Notes under the pieces: generated by a model
What the model saw: only the letters and a program-made list of their open reading frames with translations
What the model was told of the DNA's origin: nothing
Databases searched by the model: none
Part shown: positions 28,597 through 41,202 of the stretch, piece by piece
Layout of the letters: the number at the start of each line of letters is the position of its first letter
How positions within the stretch are numbered: the stretch's first letter is position 1
Assembly: GCF_006345805.1 (NCBI RefSeq)
Contig: NC_043006.1
Span: 82,150,001-82,214,000 of the forward strand
Source of the DNA: Octopus sinensis
Lineage: Eukaryota
Direction of reading: 5' to 3'
Length of the DNA: 64,000 nt
Program-made: the position numbers and the translations under genes

Positions 28597-29289
28597 AAAA
28601 ATACATGAATGAAAAGGTGAAAGGCAGCACAAAAGATCATTTAATTAATAACTGGATTCAACAAACTACACAGGACAATACAATAAATATCGACTTGTTG
28701 AGTAAATACTATTTTGAGATTTCATTAATTAGGATTAAAAATAAACATGTAACAGGTTATTCATACATACATACTATACATATATACATAAGTGTACACG
28801 CCCATATGCACATATACATACATAAACACACATGCATGTGCAAATATGCACATATACATACATACATACATACATACATACATACATACACATATATACA
28901 TTAAATAGCAAAGTGCAAGCTAATATTTTTAATACAAAGAGAGCGAAAATGATTTTTTTTTTTTTTGTTGAGCAATTGGAATTCTACCCATAATGAGAAC
29001 AAATGTCATTAGTTTTTTCTCAAAGGCACATGGAAGAGAAATCTGTAACCTGAGTTGACTAAAGGTTAAATATGGGTGGGTATGAGATATGCAGGACTGC
29101 TTCACATTTTTTTTCATTTACAAGTTACTTGCATGACAAGTTAACACAAGAGTATAAAAGCAACTGCAATATGGCCGAGTCACAATAGGCATTAAAAGAA
29201 AAAAATAATAAATAAATGAATAAATAAAAGAATTTCTTAAAATATGTAGACTTTCATTTTTCTCAGTTTTATTATAAATTATTTTGCAA

Positions 29290-29645
29290 AGGCGTGGCTA
29301 TGTCATAAGTAGCTTGCTTATGAACCACATGGTTCCGGCTTCAGTCCCACTTGGGCAAGTGTCTTCTACCATAGCCTCGTGCTGACTATAGCCTTGTGAG
29401 TGGATTTGGTAGATGGAAACTAAAATAAGCCTGTCGTATATACGTGTGTGTGTGTGTGTTGGTCCCCCACCATCACTTGACAACCAATGTTGGTGTTTAC
29501 ATCCCTGTAACTTAGCGGTTCGGCAAAAGAGACCAACAGAATAAGTACTAGGCTTACAAAGAATAAGTCCTGGGGTTCGATTTGTTCGACTAAAGGCGAT
29601 ACTCCAGCATGGTCACAGTCAAATGACTGAAACAAATAAAAGAAT
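29290..29645 (+). mobile_element. SINE family A
   Basis: Full-length colinear copy. Confidence 0.8.
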
Positions 29646-29714
29646 AGGTTATTAGGTCCCATGGCAAATCATTATTGCAAGAAATGAAATTAGATCCTAG
29701 GGCTAATTATATAT

Positions 29715-30040
29715 TGTAAGAAATGAAGTCAACATGCTCTGCTAGATGTGCAATGTCAGCATGCATGTATGAGAGAATGTATTAAGTGTTTCGAGAGAAA
29801 AATTGGGTATAAGAAGTCTGTGCTGATATGGACATATGATGTGTATGGATGAGGATAGCTACATAAAAAAGTGCTAATCTTCAATTGTGGAGGAAATCTG
29901 TGGAAAAGATAGACCCAGGAAGATGTGGGACAAAGTGGTGGGAAATGATCTTCAGATGTTGAGCCTCACAGAGAATATGACAAGGGACTGTAACTTCTGG
30001 CAATTTGCTGTTCTTGAGAAGACACATCAAGCTAAGTGAA
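29715..30040 (+). mobile_element. RTE/RTE-X LINE 3' fragment
   Basis: L.*YGHMMCMDEDSYIKKC...GKDRPRKMWDKVV.NDLQML.LTENMTRD..FWQFAVLEKT resembles the RTE-type ORF C-terminus (WYGHV.RM...RGRPRKTW). Confidence 0.75.
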
Positions 30041-30976
30041 ATCATAGGCTTACATACAGGCATGTCCTTTATGACCATGGCACCCTCATACACACACACA
30101 CACACACATACACACACTCACTCTTTATTCTGTCAAGTCTTTCCCCCAGTCTATGACCCCTCTCACCATCCATGATCACCACTCATAGTAAACCCCTCCA
30201 CTCACTCATTTGCCCACCTACACACTCTCCATGCCTTCACATATCCTTCATACTCCCATCCACCCATTCCAATTTCTCTTACTATCACTTGCTACCGTCA
30301 ATTCTTTCCCATCTCTAAACATCTCCCCCTCACAACTCCCTCTATCCCTTTTGTACCACTTATATTCCCACCGCTGTACCTTGTATGTATGTCTTGATGC
30401 ATGTCCAACACCATCTATTTCTCTCTCTCTCTCGCTCTCTTTCTGTTTATCTTTCTTTTCCAACTAGAGTAGCCAAGAATCTCCTCTATAGCAAGATTTC
30501 TATCTTTATCCCTCTATTATACTTTAACTTCCCAACCAGCACAAAGTCACCTTCTTTAGTTCCACTTCCTCTCCCAGCCAAGGGGTCTTTCTCTTGCAAG
30601 TTACTTGGTGACCCCACTGGTGCTGGTGCCATGTAAAAAGCACCAGTGCTGCTGTCACATAAAAAGCACCCAGTACACACTGGAAAGTGGTTGGCGTTAA
30701 GAAGGGCATCCTACCACAGAAACCATACCAAAGTAGACAATGGAGATTGGAGCAGCTCTTTGACTTGCCCGTCCTTGTCAAACTGTCCAACCCATGCCAG
30801 CATAGAAAACGGTTGATACATAAAGATAATAATGATGTAATTACAAATAGTAGAGTGCAATATTATTCCAGCTTTCTGCACTAAGGTCAACTTTCACTGA
30901 TTGTTTGAAAGTCAATAAAATAAAGTATTCGTCCAGGTGCTCCTTCAAATCTTGATTCACACACACACAAAAAAAA

Positions 30977-31009
<33 letters not shown>

Positions 31010-31285
31010 GCCGAAGCCAGCGCCGCCTTGACTGGCTTCCGTGCCTGCCGGTGGCACGTTAAAAGTACCAACCGATCGTGGCCGCTGCCAGACTCCCCTG
31101 GCACCTGTGCCGGTGGCACGTAAAAAGCACCCACTACACTAACGGAGTGGTTGGTGTTAGGAAGGGCATCCAGCTTTAGAAACACTGCCAGATCAGACTG
31201 GAGCCTGGTGCAGCCTCCTGGCTTCCCAGACCCCGGTTGAACCGTCCAACCCGTGCTAGCGCAGAAAACAGACCTTAAACGATGT
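31010..31285 (+). mobile_element. Family C element
   Basis: Reverse complement of the 3807-4135 type. Confidence 0.8.
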
Positions 31286-32000
31286 TATAATGCATAACTA
31301 CTGAAGTTTATTTTTATTATATCAAACACAGCTTCACTACATCAGCATAGGATCACAGGAGTTATTTCTGTTTTCAAGGCATGTTATCTTAAGAGATCTT
31401 TAAATCAAATGATTGCAACTGACTGGTGACAAACATCAATCCAACAAAGAATTTTTGAATATTTATGAGGTTAAGAGAAAGCATTAAAGATGTCTTGGAA
31501 AAACTTAAACATATTTGTTTCACTGGGGTTTGGCAAACACTGTGAATGCAGTTAAGGAAGATCATAGAATAGATGAAAGTATCTAAATCAACATTTTGTT
31601 TTTTCAAGCCTTCAGCTCTGACCTTGCTTTTTCTTGAACCCAGTTGCTAAGACTCCACTATATGTTCAATCACCTAGCAACCATATCCAAAGGTTTGTTA
31701 ACACCATATTTTTTTCTTCAGACTCATAAAGCAGGCAACCCATTTTCTATAGCATATAAATGGCAGAGATCACAGAATCCCTTGAACAAGATACCTGTTC
31801 ATTGCAGTGTTTAAGACAATCATATCAATCAGCCCCAGTACTTGACTGGTACTTTATTTTATCAACACTGAAGGAGTGAAAGGAAAAGTTGACCGTAGCA
31901 AGATTTGAACTCAGAATGTAAAGAACCAAAAGAAATGCCACTGTGCATTTTGTCTGACATGCTAACTATTCTGCCATTTCACTGCTTTAATCAACAATTA

Positions 32001-32385
32001 TGGAAGCACTCCGTCGGTTACGACGATGAGGGTTCCGGTTGATCCGAATCAACGCAACAGCCTGCTCGTGAAATTAACGTGTAAGTGGCTGAGCACTCCA
32101 CAGACACGTGTACCCTTAACGTAATTCTCGGGGATATTCAGCGTGACACAGAGAGTGACAAGGCCGGCCCTTTGAAATACAGGTACAACAGAAACAGGAA
32201 GTAAGAGTGAGAGAAAGTTGTGGTGAAAGAGTACAGCAGGGATCACCACCATCCCCTGCCGGAGCCTCGTGGAGCTTTAGGTGTTTTCGCTCAATAAACA
32301 CTCACAACGCCCAGTTTGGGAATCGAAACCGCGATCCTACGACCGCGAGTCCGCTGCCCTAACCACTGGGCCATTGCGCCTCCAC
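32001..32385 (-). mobile_element. tRNA-derived SINE family D, young, 11-bp TSD
   Basis: A box TGGCCCAGTGG and B box GGTTTCGATTCC; TSD TAATCAACAAT at 31988-31998 and 32386-32396; nearly identical to 47387-47775. Confidence 0.9.
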
Positions 32386-33465
32386 TAATCAACAATACCC
32401 TAGCAAAAATAGCACAGGAAATGAGATTTGAAAAGGTTGATCAGATGATATTCTGAATTTATTATAAGCTAATAATGAGCCCCTCACCTAAATAACCTTA
32501 AGAAACTCCAGAGTAAAATGCATGTCCAACCCTACTCACCAAAGCATTTTGCATAATGTTGTACAAAGAAGTGAGATTTCAAGAAAAGGATCAGATGATA
32601 TCCAGAATTTATTGCAAGCTAGTAACTTCAAAAGTCATCTATGAAGACAGTAAGGAATTCACAGTTCAGGCAATGAAAAAGAGGTATCTGTACTGTAGAA
32701 TGGGTATAAACAACAAAGATCTTATCTAAAAGCAAAACACTTAAGTGAAATTAATTTAGAGCAACTTTTAGAAAACAAGCCAGATTTTGAAAATGCATGA
32801 AGGTTACATTTCAAATTGTAGCTTGAAGCAACAATTAGAGATTCTTTCAGACTATTTTTTATAAAAATAAAAATGTAACATAACCAGTAGAATAACTATT
32901 TACATGATACTGTTACATATTTCTTTTTACCTGTTACATAAACTAAAGAAACTGTACACATTTTTAATTGAATTATATAAAGTGTGCATTATTTATTATT
33001 TATTTTTTTTTTCAAATTACATATAATTTCATTAAAAATATTCTTCTGAATATGGAGAGATGGTGTAGTACTATTGTATTTTAAATAAGTGTATATTACT
33101 TTCACTAATGAAAATATATTATCTGTATAAAGAGAGAAAAAATACATAAGTAAGCTATATTCTGATAACGTTTCTGAGAGCAAAGTTTAAAAAAAAGTGG
33201 AACATGTGAAATTCATTCATTGAAGTATTGAGCACCCACCCACCCACACAAATAGGGTTATAGGGTGCTGTTCTAGGATTTAAATGTGAACAATTACATG
33301 TATATATATTCTTTTATTTGTTTCAGTCATTTGACTGTGGCCAAGCTGGAGCACCACCTCTGAAAAATACATGGTACACTATATAAAAGCTTGTCAACCA
33401 TTGTATTTTCAGAGGAATGAAACTTATAAAAGCTAGCATTTAAACCTATATATATATATATATAT

Positions 33466-33613
33466 AGGTGCAGGAATGGCTATGTGGTAAGAAGCTTGCT
33501 TTGCAACCACATATGGTTCCAGATTCAATCCCACTGTGTGGCACCTTGGGCTGACCAAAGACTTGTGAGTGGATTTGATAGACGGAAACTAAAAGAAGCC
33601 TTTCATGTGTATG

Positions 33614-33670
<57 letters not shown>

Positions 33671-33853
33671 GCATCTGTGTTTGTTCCCCCACCATCACTT
33701 GACAACTGATGTTGGTGCATTTACATCCCCGTAACTTAGCGGTTCGGCAAATGAGGCCAATAGAATAAAAACAGGCTTACAAAGAATAAGTTCTGGGGTC
33801 GACTAGAGGCAGTACTCCAGCATAGCCACAGTCAAATGAAACAAATAAAAGAA
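33466..33853 (+). mobile_element. SINE family A
   Basis: Colinear copy with expanded (TA)n. Confidence 0.8.
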
Positions 33854-35469
33854 TATATATACATGTATATATTATATGTGTGTATATATATATATATATA
33901 TACACATGTCTATGTGTGTGACTGTATATCTGTGTGTATGTGTGAGTTTGTATTTGTATCTATCTCTCTGTCTTGACATCATATAATAGTTGTAAATAAA
34001 CACCACCATCATACATGCGGTCTGATTCAATTCTAATCTGCTGTGGAAACATGCCAAGTCATGGGTAAATATTATTCAGCTTGAAAACGGATGAAGGTTG
34101 GTGATACAAAGAGCATCTAACTACAGAAAATCTGTCTCAATGCATACTACCCTAACCCATACAAGCATGTAAATATAGATGTGCTGATGATGACTTTATA
34201 CACATGAAAATAAATACACGTTTACATGCATATACATGTATAAATATTTTTGCATATACATGCACATATATACAGCTGTCTATGCATATAAATGTACATG
34301 CATTTAAATGTATATCTGTGACCAAGATATGCAACACATTACTGTATTCAAGAAGACCCACCCACTACAACAGAATTGATATGTGAAAACCAAGGTACCA
34401 CGTAAAGAACACTGGTGTGGTTGTCATGCTATATAAAAAGTACTGGTGCTGGTGTCACATAAAAGGCACTTGTGATGGTGCCACATAAAAAGCATCCAGG
34501 ACACTCTGTGAAGTGGCTGTCATTAGGAAGGGCATCCAGCTGTAGAAACTGAGCCAAAAGAGGCTATGGAACCCAGTGAAGGTCCTTGCCTTGCCAATTC
34601 CTGCCAAGCTGCCCAACCCATGAGAGTATGGAAAACAGACACTAAATGTTGATGAAGACGATGATGATGATTATAACCATATGCATGCATATAGGCACAG
34701 GTGTCGCAGTGTGGTAAGAACCTCACTTCCCAACCACATGATTCTGGGTTCAGTCCCACTGTGTGGAACCTTGGGAAAGTCTCTTCTTGTATAGCCTCAG
34801 CCAACCAAAACCTTTTGAGTAGATTTACCTGTAACCTAGCAGTTTAGTAAAAGGGATTGATAGAATAAGAACTAGGTTTTAAAAAAATTGAAGGGTTTGA
34901 CTAGGCAAGGTGGTGCCCCAGCATAGCTGCAGTTACATGAGTGAAACCGGTAATGATAGAACATATCCATGGATATACAGATACCCAGACACATGGATAT
35001 ATCTATACATATATAGGATCATTTTATAAAATCAATGTGCAATAATAAAATTCAAATATTATATTTAAAAGTAGCTTCACCTTTACTTTAGGTGGACATT
35101 TAACGACTACCGCGTATTCAACTAAACTATAGAAGATGTGCATGCAACAATAATTAATATAATTCAAGTTAGAATTGAAAAGCAGCTGCAAGATACATTT
35201 CAAGAACTCTGGAATCACATCTAAGCTGTGTATGCAATGACAGAAGACAAGATAAAAATTAACCATTTGAGAATAAATCTATTTTAAAATGTTAAGTCGT
35301 CTTTCACTTCTGCTCTCCATAGATTAATCTAAACACATTTAGAGGACCTATTGTGATATAAATTTAGCATTGCACAAAAAAATAATAATGACCTGTATAC
35401 ATCAAATTACATACAGGCATATATATATATATATACATACATACATACTTGTGTGTGTGTGTTTGTTTT

Positions 35470-35522
<53 letters not shown>

Positions 35523-35713
35523 TATATATATATAATAATAAATATTAGGGAATAAATCCAAATTTACAGGGAAAAAATCAGATTTAGGATTAAATCCAAT
35601 TTTATAGTAAAATATTATATAATATTAATTCGAGACAAAACCACTATTTTGCAAAACAAACAAGGAAAGACTTAATCAATACATAAAAATTTTAATATAA
35701 AATAAATAAACTG

Positions 35714-35757
35714 CCACTACAATCGTTTCATGTCTTCAAATGACATTCGTCAGGGGG
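35714..35757 (-). ncRNA. Minimal hammerhead ribozyme, inverted copy with one stem I mismatch
   Basis: Reverse complement: CCCC-CTGACGA-ATGTCATTTGAAGACAT-GAAAC-GATT-GTA-GTGG. Core intact; one mismatch in stem I. Confidence 0.7.
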
Positions 35758-35927
35758 ATTTCCGATCTTCTAATCAGTTTTAATTAGCAAAAACAAACAC
35801 ACACACACAAGTATGTATGTATGTATATATATATATATGCCTGTATGTAATTTGATATATACAGGTCATTATTATTTTTTTGTGCAATGCTAATTAATAA
35901 ATTAAAACTGATTAGAAGATCGGAAAT

Positions 35928-35971
35928 CCACCTGATGAATGTCATTTGAAGACATGAAACGATTGTAGTGG
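35928..35971 (+). ncRNA. Minimal type I hammerhead ribozyme (intact core)
   Basis: CCAC-CTGATGA-ATGTC[ATTTGAA]GACAT-GAAAC-GATT-GTA-GTGG: stem I CCAC/GTGG, core CUGAUGA and GAAA, 5-bp stem II, short near-palindromic stem III (ACGATTGT), predicted cleavage after GUA at 35967. Confidence 0.8.
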
Positions 35972-36056
35972 CGGTTTATTTATTTTATATTAAAATTTTT
36001 ATGTATTGATTAAGTCTTTCCTTGTTTGTTTTGCAAAATAGTGTTTTTGTCTCGAA

Positions 36057-36119
<63 letters not shown>

Positions 36120-37139
36120 ATATACACATACATAACATATATAAAGAGATGTAAATATATAATTATATATGTGCATGTATATGTTGAGATTGTCCTTGCA
36201 CAGGGGCTATCTGGACTCCCATCTTCACCATGAACAGGGATTGATCTTCTCTCTTCACACTTTTGCACCACATGGGCTCAAATCTCCTCCCCTCTTCATC
36301 TAACCCTCCTTCTCTCTCCTCTCTTCCTCTTACACCTACTTCCTCCCATCCACCTCTCCTCTCTTGCTCTGACACCTACTTCCACTCTTCACTCCTACCC
36401 ACTTTCTCCCTTTATCGTCACCACCTCCCTCGTTACCCCACCATCCCTACACATCCCATCCCCCCCATCGCTTACACCTCACCCTTACTTCCTCCACTCT
36501 CGCCTCCCTCACACCCCAACACCACCACACCACACACCACCATACCACACCACATGTGAATAGAACTCATATCTGGAAACCTCATGGCATACTCAGATTG
36601 TTGAAAAGGGATCCTTATATATATCTAATATATTTAGTTCTAAAAACCAACCATTCGTCACTGGAAGGGATCCTTATATATAACCAAGGGAAATAACCCA
36701 TTCATTTTCCTAAATTATTTAGTAAAAATGAAATTGAGTATGCTTATTTCTTAGTATTTGAACTGTTGGAGTTATTTTCGCAATTTATTCAGTACAACCC
36801 TTAAATAAGTAAATAGTATTTTTTTCCTAAACAATAGATCCACTTATTCGTGAATATACCAACACTAGCACCCCTGAGGGTAATATTCTTTGGGAATGCA
36901 CAAAAGCCCTTTTCAGAGTCATTTACTTTGAATTATTATCTCATATCTGATTAGCCTGTTATTACATAACATGCTTCACGATTTTAGCAGTATTTCCTTC
37001 TATGTTCTATTTACTCTGGGAATGCATTAAAGCCCTTTTGGGGAATACTTTATTTGAATTCAGTCAGTGCTAAGAGTGCATGTAAAATATACTCATTAAA
37101 ATACCAGGAAAGTTACCAAAATGTAATTAATTGCTTTTG

Positions 37140-37712
37140 TTCCCTAGACAATCTAACGAGCAAAGGAATCATGGTAGCCATAGTAACAACAAGGTGGTAA
37201 AAGTTCAGAGAACTGCTAGCAACAAAGTACTTTGCATTGTAAACGAAAAAGTATAAGATGCTTGTGTACAAAATGCAATGTTGCATGATAGATAGCAAGA
37301 TATGAGCTTTGAACAAGGAGGGTATGTGATGACTGAAAAGAAATGAGGTAAACATGAACTGCTGGGTATGCGATATTAATGAACATGAATGACAGAGCAC
37401 TAATGAGGCAAGAGAAAAGCTGGATAAATTTGGAACCAAATATAATGTGCAATAGAGAGAGGACTGCACAGTTATGTGATACACATAGCAGATATGAATT
37501 GCATAAAGAATTGCTGAGCACTTGAAGCAGAGGGGAAAATGTAGAAGTGGGAGAATTAGAAAGACATGGAACAAACTGTTGAAGACTGTTCTCAAGAAGC
37601 TGAACCTTATGAAGAAAAGCACAAAGGACAGCAATGAATGGCAACATGCTCTGCTGGAGAAAACCCATTCCATCCATGGAAGCATAGCAAAACTGACATA
37701 AAAATGATGGTT
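37140..37712 (+). mobile_element. RTE/RTE-X LINE 3' end, degraded
   Basis: KFRELL...DACVQNAMLH...GKCRSGRIRKTW...EWQHALLEKT followed by the tail CCATGGAAGCATAGCAAAACTGACATAAAAATGATG. Confidence 0.7.
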
Positions 37713-38089
37713 GTGAAGAAGGCTGGGACGTATACTGTTTAGATATAGGTGTCTCTCACCTATCATGTTAAGTTTCTCTCTATGCCCTCCTCCTATCTTT
37801 GTAACAATTTGGCAGAATTGTTAGGGAATCAGGTACAATGCTATCTGGTATTTGTTCTCACTGTGTTCTGAGTTCAAATCCTGTTGAGGTTAACTTTCCT
37901 TTTCATCCTTCTGAGATCAATAAAAAAAATAGCAATCTAGGTTAGTAAAATAGAGGAACTGGAAGATCATGAGACGATTTGTTTTGTGGTATTTGTTCCA
38001 GTTCTTTGCATTCTAAGTTCAAATCCCACTATGGCCTACAATTCATCACCTAGTTTCACAGCATCACTTGGCCTATGTTGTAAGCCATT

Positions 38090-39080
38090 TATTTGTCTAC
38101 TAATCAGGTTGAATGAGCAAGAAAGATGTCATATTCACCTGGAAATGGAACAAACTGATAGTTGTGTCAACTCATGATATCACAATAAGAACCAAGACAG
38201 AAATACAAGAGAATTTGGGAAAAGAAAATATCAATGCTGAAATACCACTGGCCAAATGTAGGTTCAAAGATGCACTATGTGGTGTGTATGACAAGAATGA
38301 TGCGTAGGCATGATCTTATAACATTTAAAACAGTTGGGAGTTTCTAACAGACAAAATAGTGTGAGTCACACATCAGATCTATGGATGGGGCAATGATTCA
38401 GCCAGGCAGAAGGTGACAGGTTGGCAGAATAGTAAACAGTACTTAAAAAGCTAAAAGACTGGCCTGAAACGAATGAAAGAAAATGGGTGGCAAGGAACAA
38501 TATCGGATAGCTAAACATGATGTGGGATATCTAGTATACTTAGCAAATAGGGAAATTGCAAGCTAGAGATTTGCTAATATTGTGTGACATAAGGATCTGA
38601 GATGTACGGTTGTTTTAAACAGCAAAGAAGTATGTTGGTGTTGGTTAAGCTGACACTGGTGAGAAGTGTATACATAATGACAGCATTGCACTTGCTTTAA
38701 CTGATATGGAGAAGAAAAAATAAATAGAAATGTTATTACATAGTGTTGTTGACTAGGGAGGTGTAAGAGAGAGAGGGGCTACTCCATGTAAACCCAAGGA
38801 ACAGACCAGTTATTGAAACTGACAACTATGTACTATATGATCAAAAGCACTATTAGTGACATGAGGCCAGGAAAAGCAGCTTAACCAGGCAAAGACAGCT
38901 ATAAGACACTGTAAAAAATCTCAGGTAAAGTAGGTTACATGCTAGTTGCCTGCTTAACCAATCATGTAGTATAAGGAGGTGTCATCCCCAAAGACTGACA
39001 TTGCAGTATTATCTTGAAGTGCTTGCTACTAGAGCAAAAGAAGACACTCGAGAAAAGAAATTAAAGAGACACCAAATTCA
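38090..39080 (+). mobile_element. RTE/RTE-X LINE internal fragment (linker to RT start), degraded
   Basis: KST ISDMRPGKAA..., VIPKD*HCSIIL..., (D)TLEK..*R(G)TK resembles AISKMK.GKAAGP...IP.DW..SII..YKGKGD.L.R.NYRGIKL. Confidence 0.6.
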
Positions 39081-39155
39081 TATATATATGTATATATACA
39101 TACATACATATATATGTATGTATATATGTATGTATGAATGTATGTATGTGTGTGT

Positions 39156-39509
39156 CATCATCATCATCGTTTAACATCCACTTTCCATGCTAGCATGGGT
39201 TGGACGATTTGACTGAGGTCTGGCGAACCAGATGGCTGCACCAGACTCCAATCTGATCTGGCAGAATTTCTACAGCTGGATGCCCTTTCTTACGCCAACC
39301 ACTCCATGAGTGTAGTGGGTGATTTTACGTGCCACCGGCATGTGGGCCAATCAGGCGGTACTGGCAGCGGCCACACTCAAATGGTGCTTTTTATATGCCA
39401 CCTGCACAGGAGCCAGTCCAGTGGCACTGGCAACAACCTCACTCGAATGTTTTTTCATGTGTCACAGCACAAATGCCAGTAAGGTGACACAGGTAACGGT
39501 CACGCTCGA

Positions 39510-39510
<1 letters not shown>
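39156..39510 (-). mobile_element. Family C element
   Basis: Same tail and repeats. Confidence 0.8.
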
Positions 39511-39563
<53 letters not shown>

Positions 39564-40169
39564 CATATATATACACATACAGATGTACACACAAACACAC
39601 ATATATATATGTGTGTGTATATATATATATATATATATTTGGTCAACTCGAGGCTATAGTAGAAGACACTTGCTCAAGGTGCAATGCAGTGAACTGAACT
39701 CAGCACCATGTGGTTGTAAAGTAAGCTTCTTACCACACAGCTGCCCCAGTATCTTCATCTAGAAAAATAGGGGTGTACTTGTTTTGTTGCTCATGTATTA
39801 GCTGTAAAACAGGAGCACACACAAACACACAGCTTGGAGGATACACTGGTGTGACGGCTAGGAGGAAATGAGGAAAGGAAAAACTGGGTACAAGAGATCA
39901 CATAGGTTCAGACATGATGCATATGAAGGAGAAGAGTTTAGTAAATAAGGGCTGAATGATCCAAGTGCAAGGTACTTGCAGAAGTGAAAGGACATGAGAA
40001 GAAATAGTGAGCGCTGAACTCAGAAGGTAGGACCTCCAACCTGCCTTTTACTACCCCCTTAAAGCAAGCATCTTTTCAGCACCCCACATATACAGAACAC
40101 TCACTCCTACCTGGATTGGAGGGTTGCTAGATAAACAAACTTTCCAGATATCTAACCATCACTTTTTAC

Positions 40170-40388
40170 CCCTTCAGCATTTAAACTGGCCTTAAGCAGC
40201 CAAAATATGCTATTTATTTTAAGTCCAAACAAGCCAGATCCAGCCTCTCACACCTAACCTACAATGTCATTCAAAAAATAACATTCACATCATTCAAATC
40301 TCAAAGCTAAGAGATAATGCAAGATTAATTCAAAATAATGTAAATAAATAAGCAATACATTTGACAAAGAAATCTGATTGCTAAAGGG
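40170..40388. mobile_element. piggyBac-type MITE
   Basis: TTAC-CCCTT ... AAAGGG-TTAA (left TSD mutated). Confidence 0.6.
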
Positions 40389-40440
40389 TTAAATTATTAT
40401 AGCACCAAGCAAAACTCTTTAAAACCTTATATATAGAGAT

Positions 40441-40680
40441 AAAAGACCCTCTTCGGTCATGAAAGACCATGGGATTGCACCTGTGAAAGACTATGGGATT
40501 GCACCAAGAAAGTTACCCTCCAAGGCACAAGTCTGGGTAAGGTTGTTTATGGAAGACCAGAAGTCACCTATGCATATCAGCCTCCCCCTCTCCATGTCGC
40601 CAATGTTATCCAACAACACAGCTTGGTACCAGTGACGTTTCAACACATTTCTACAGCTGAGTGTACTGGAGCAAAACTAT
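40441..40680 (-). mobile_element. SINE 3' half (different tail) with a 25-bp internal duplication
   Basis: AAAGACCCTCTTCGGTCATG tail; GAAAGAC(C/T)ATGGGATTGCACC occurs twice. Confidence 0.55.
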
Positions 40681-41202
40681 ATATATATATATATACATCA
40701 GTTTTATCATTTATATTCAGCTAAAAGTAGAAATAAGAGAATCAGGAAGAAACAGAAATATAATTTAAGTAAAAGAATAAGTTTTATTAAATCTAAAGAT
40801 CTATTTAAATGCTGTAACTCTACACTGAAAAGCAAGGATGCATTTTAGATATAGTAGAAACTTTCTTTAATGATAATTCTTTAACACAAATTAGCAAATT
40901 TTCTTGGAGTTTCAGTTGTGTACTAAGAGAGAGTTGAGTTTATATTTATATATATATATATATATATGGTTATCTTTCAGGAAAGGAATCACTTATGTTT
41001 ATGCATTTATGTGTATGTTTATGGGTTTATGTGCATGTAAGTATATTTGTGTATGTATGTGTTATACATACACACAAAAAAATAAACATAAGCGATTCTG
41101 CTGAAACAAATAAAGAAATAAAAAAAAAAAACAATGGAAATTGTTGAAAAAATTTTCAGCTTTGATATACATTCTCTGAAAGATAACTATATATATATAT
41201 AT

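Larger units (their letters stand above)
35530..36066. mobile_element. Palindromic Penelope-like (PLE) non-autonomous element between (TA)n tracts
   Basis: Near-identical inverted arms (~35615-35786 and 35894-36066), each with a hammerhead motif; (TA)n on both sides; the centre is an inverted copy of flank 35364-35472. Confidence 0.65.

Noticed and set aside
27315-28904. Long ORFs up to 312 aa rich in Y/I/V/C/M/H/T
   Set aside because: Translations of TA/CA and GA microsatellites; the same applies to ORFs at 7346, 13498, 19130, 19906, 42265, 49478 and 59350.
37113-37766. 217-aa hydrophobic minus-strand ORF suggesting a membrane protein or ACER exon
   Set aside because: It is the antisense of a purine-rich RTE LINE remnant and has no ceramidase motifs.
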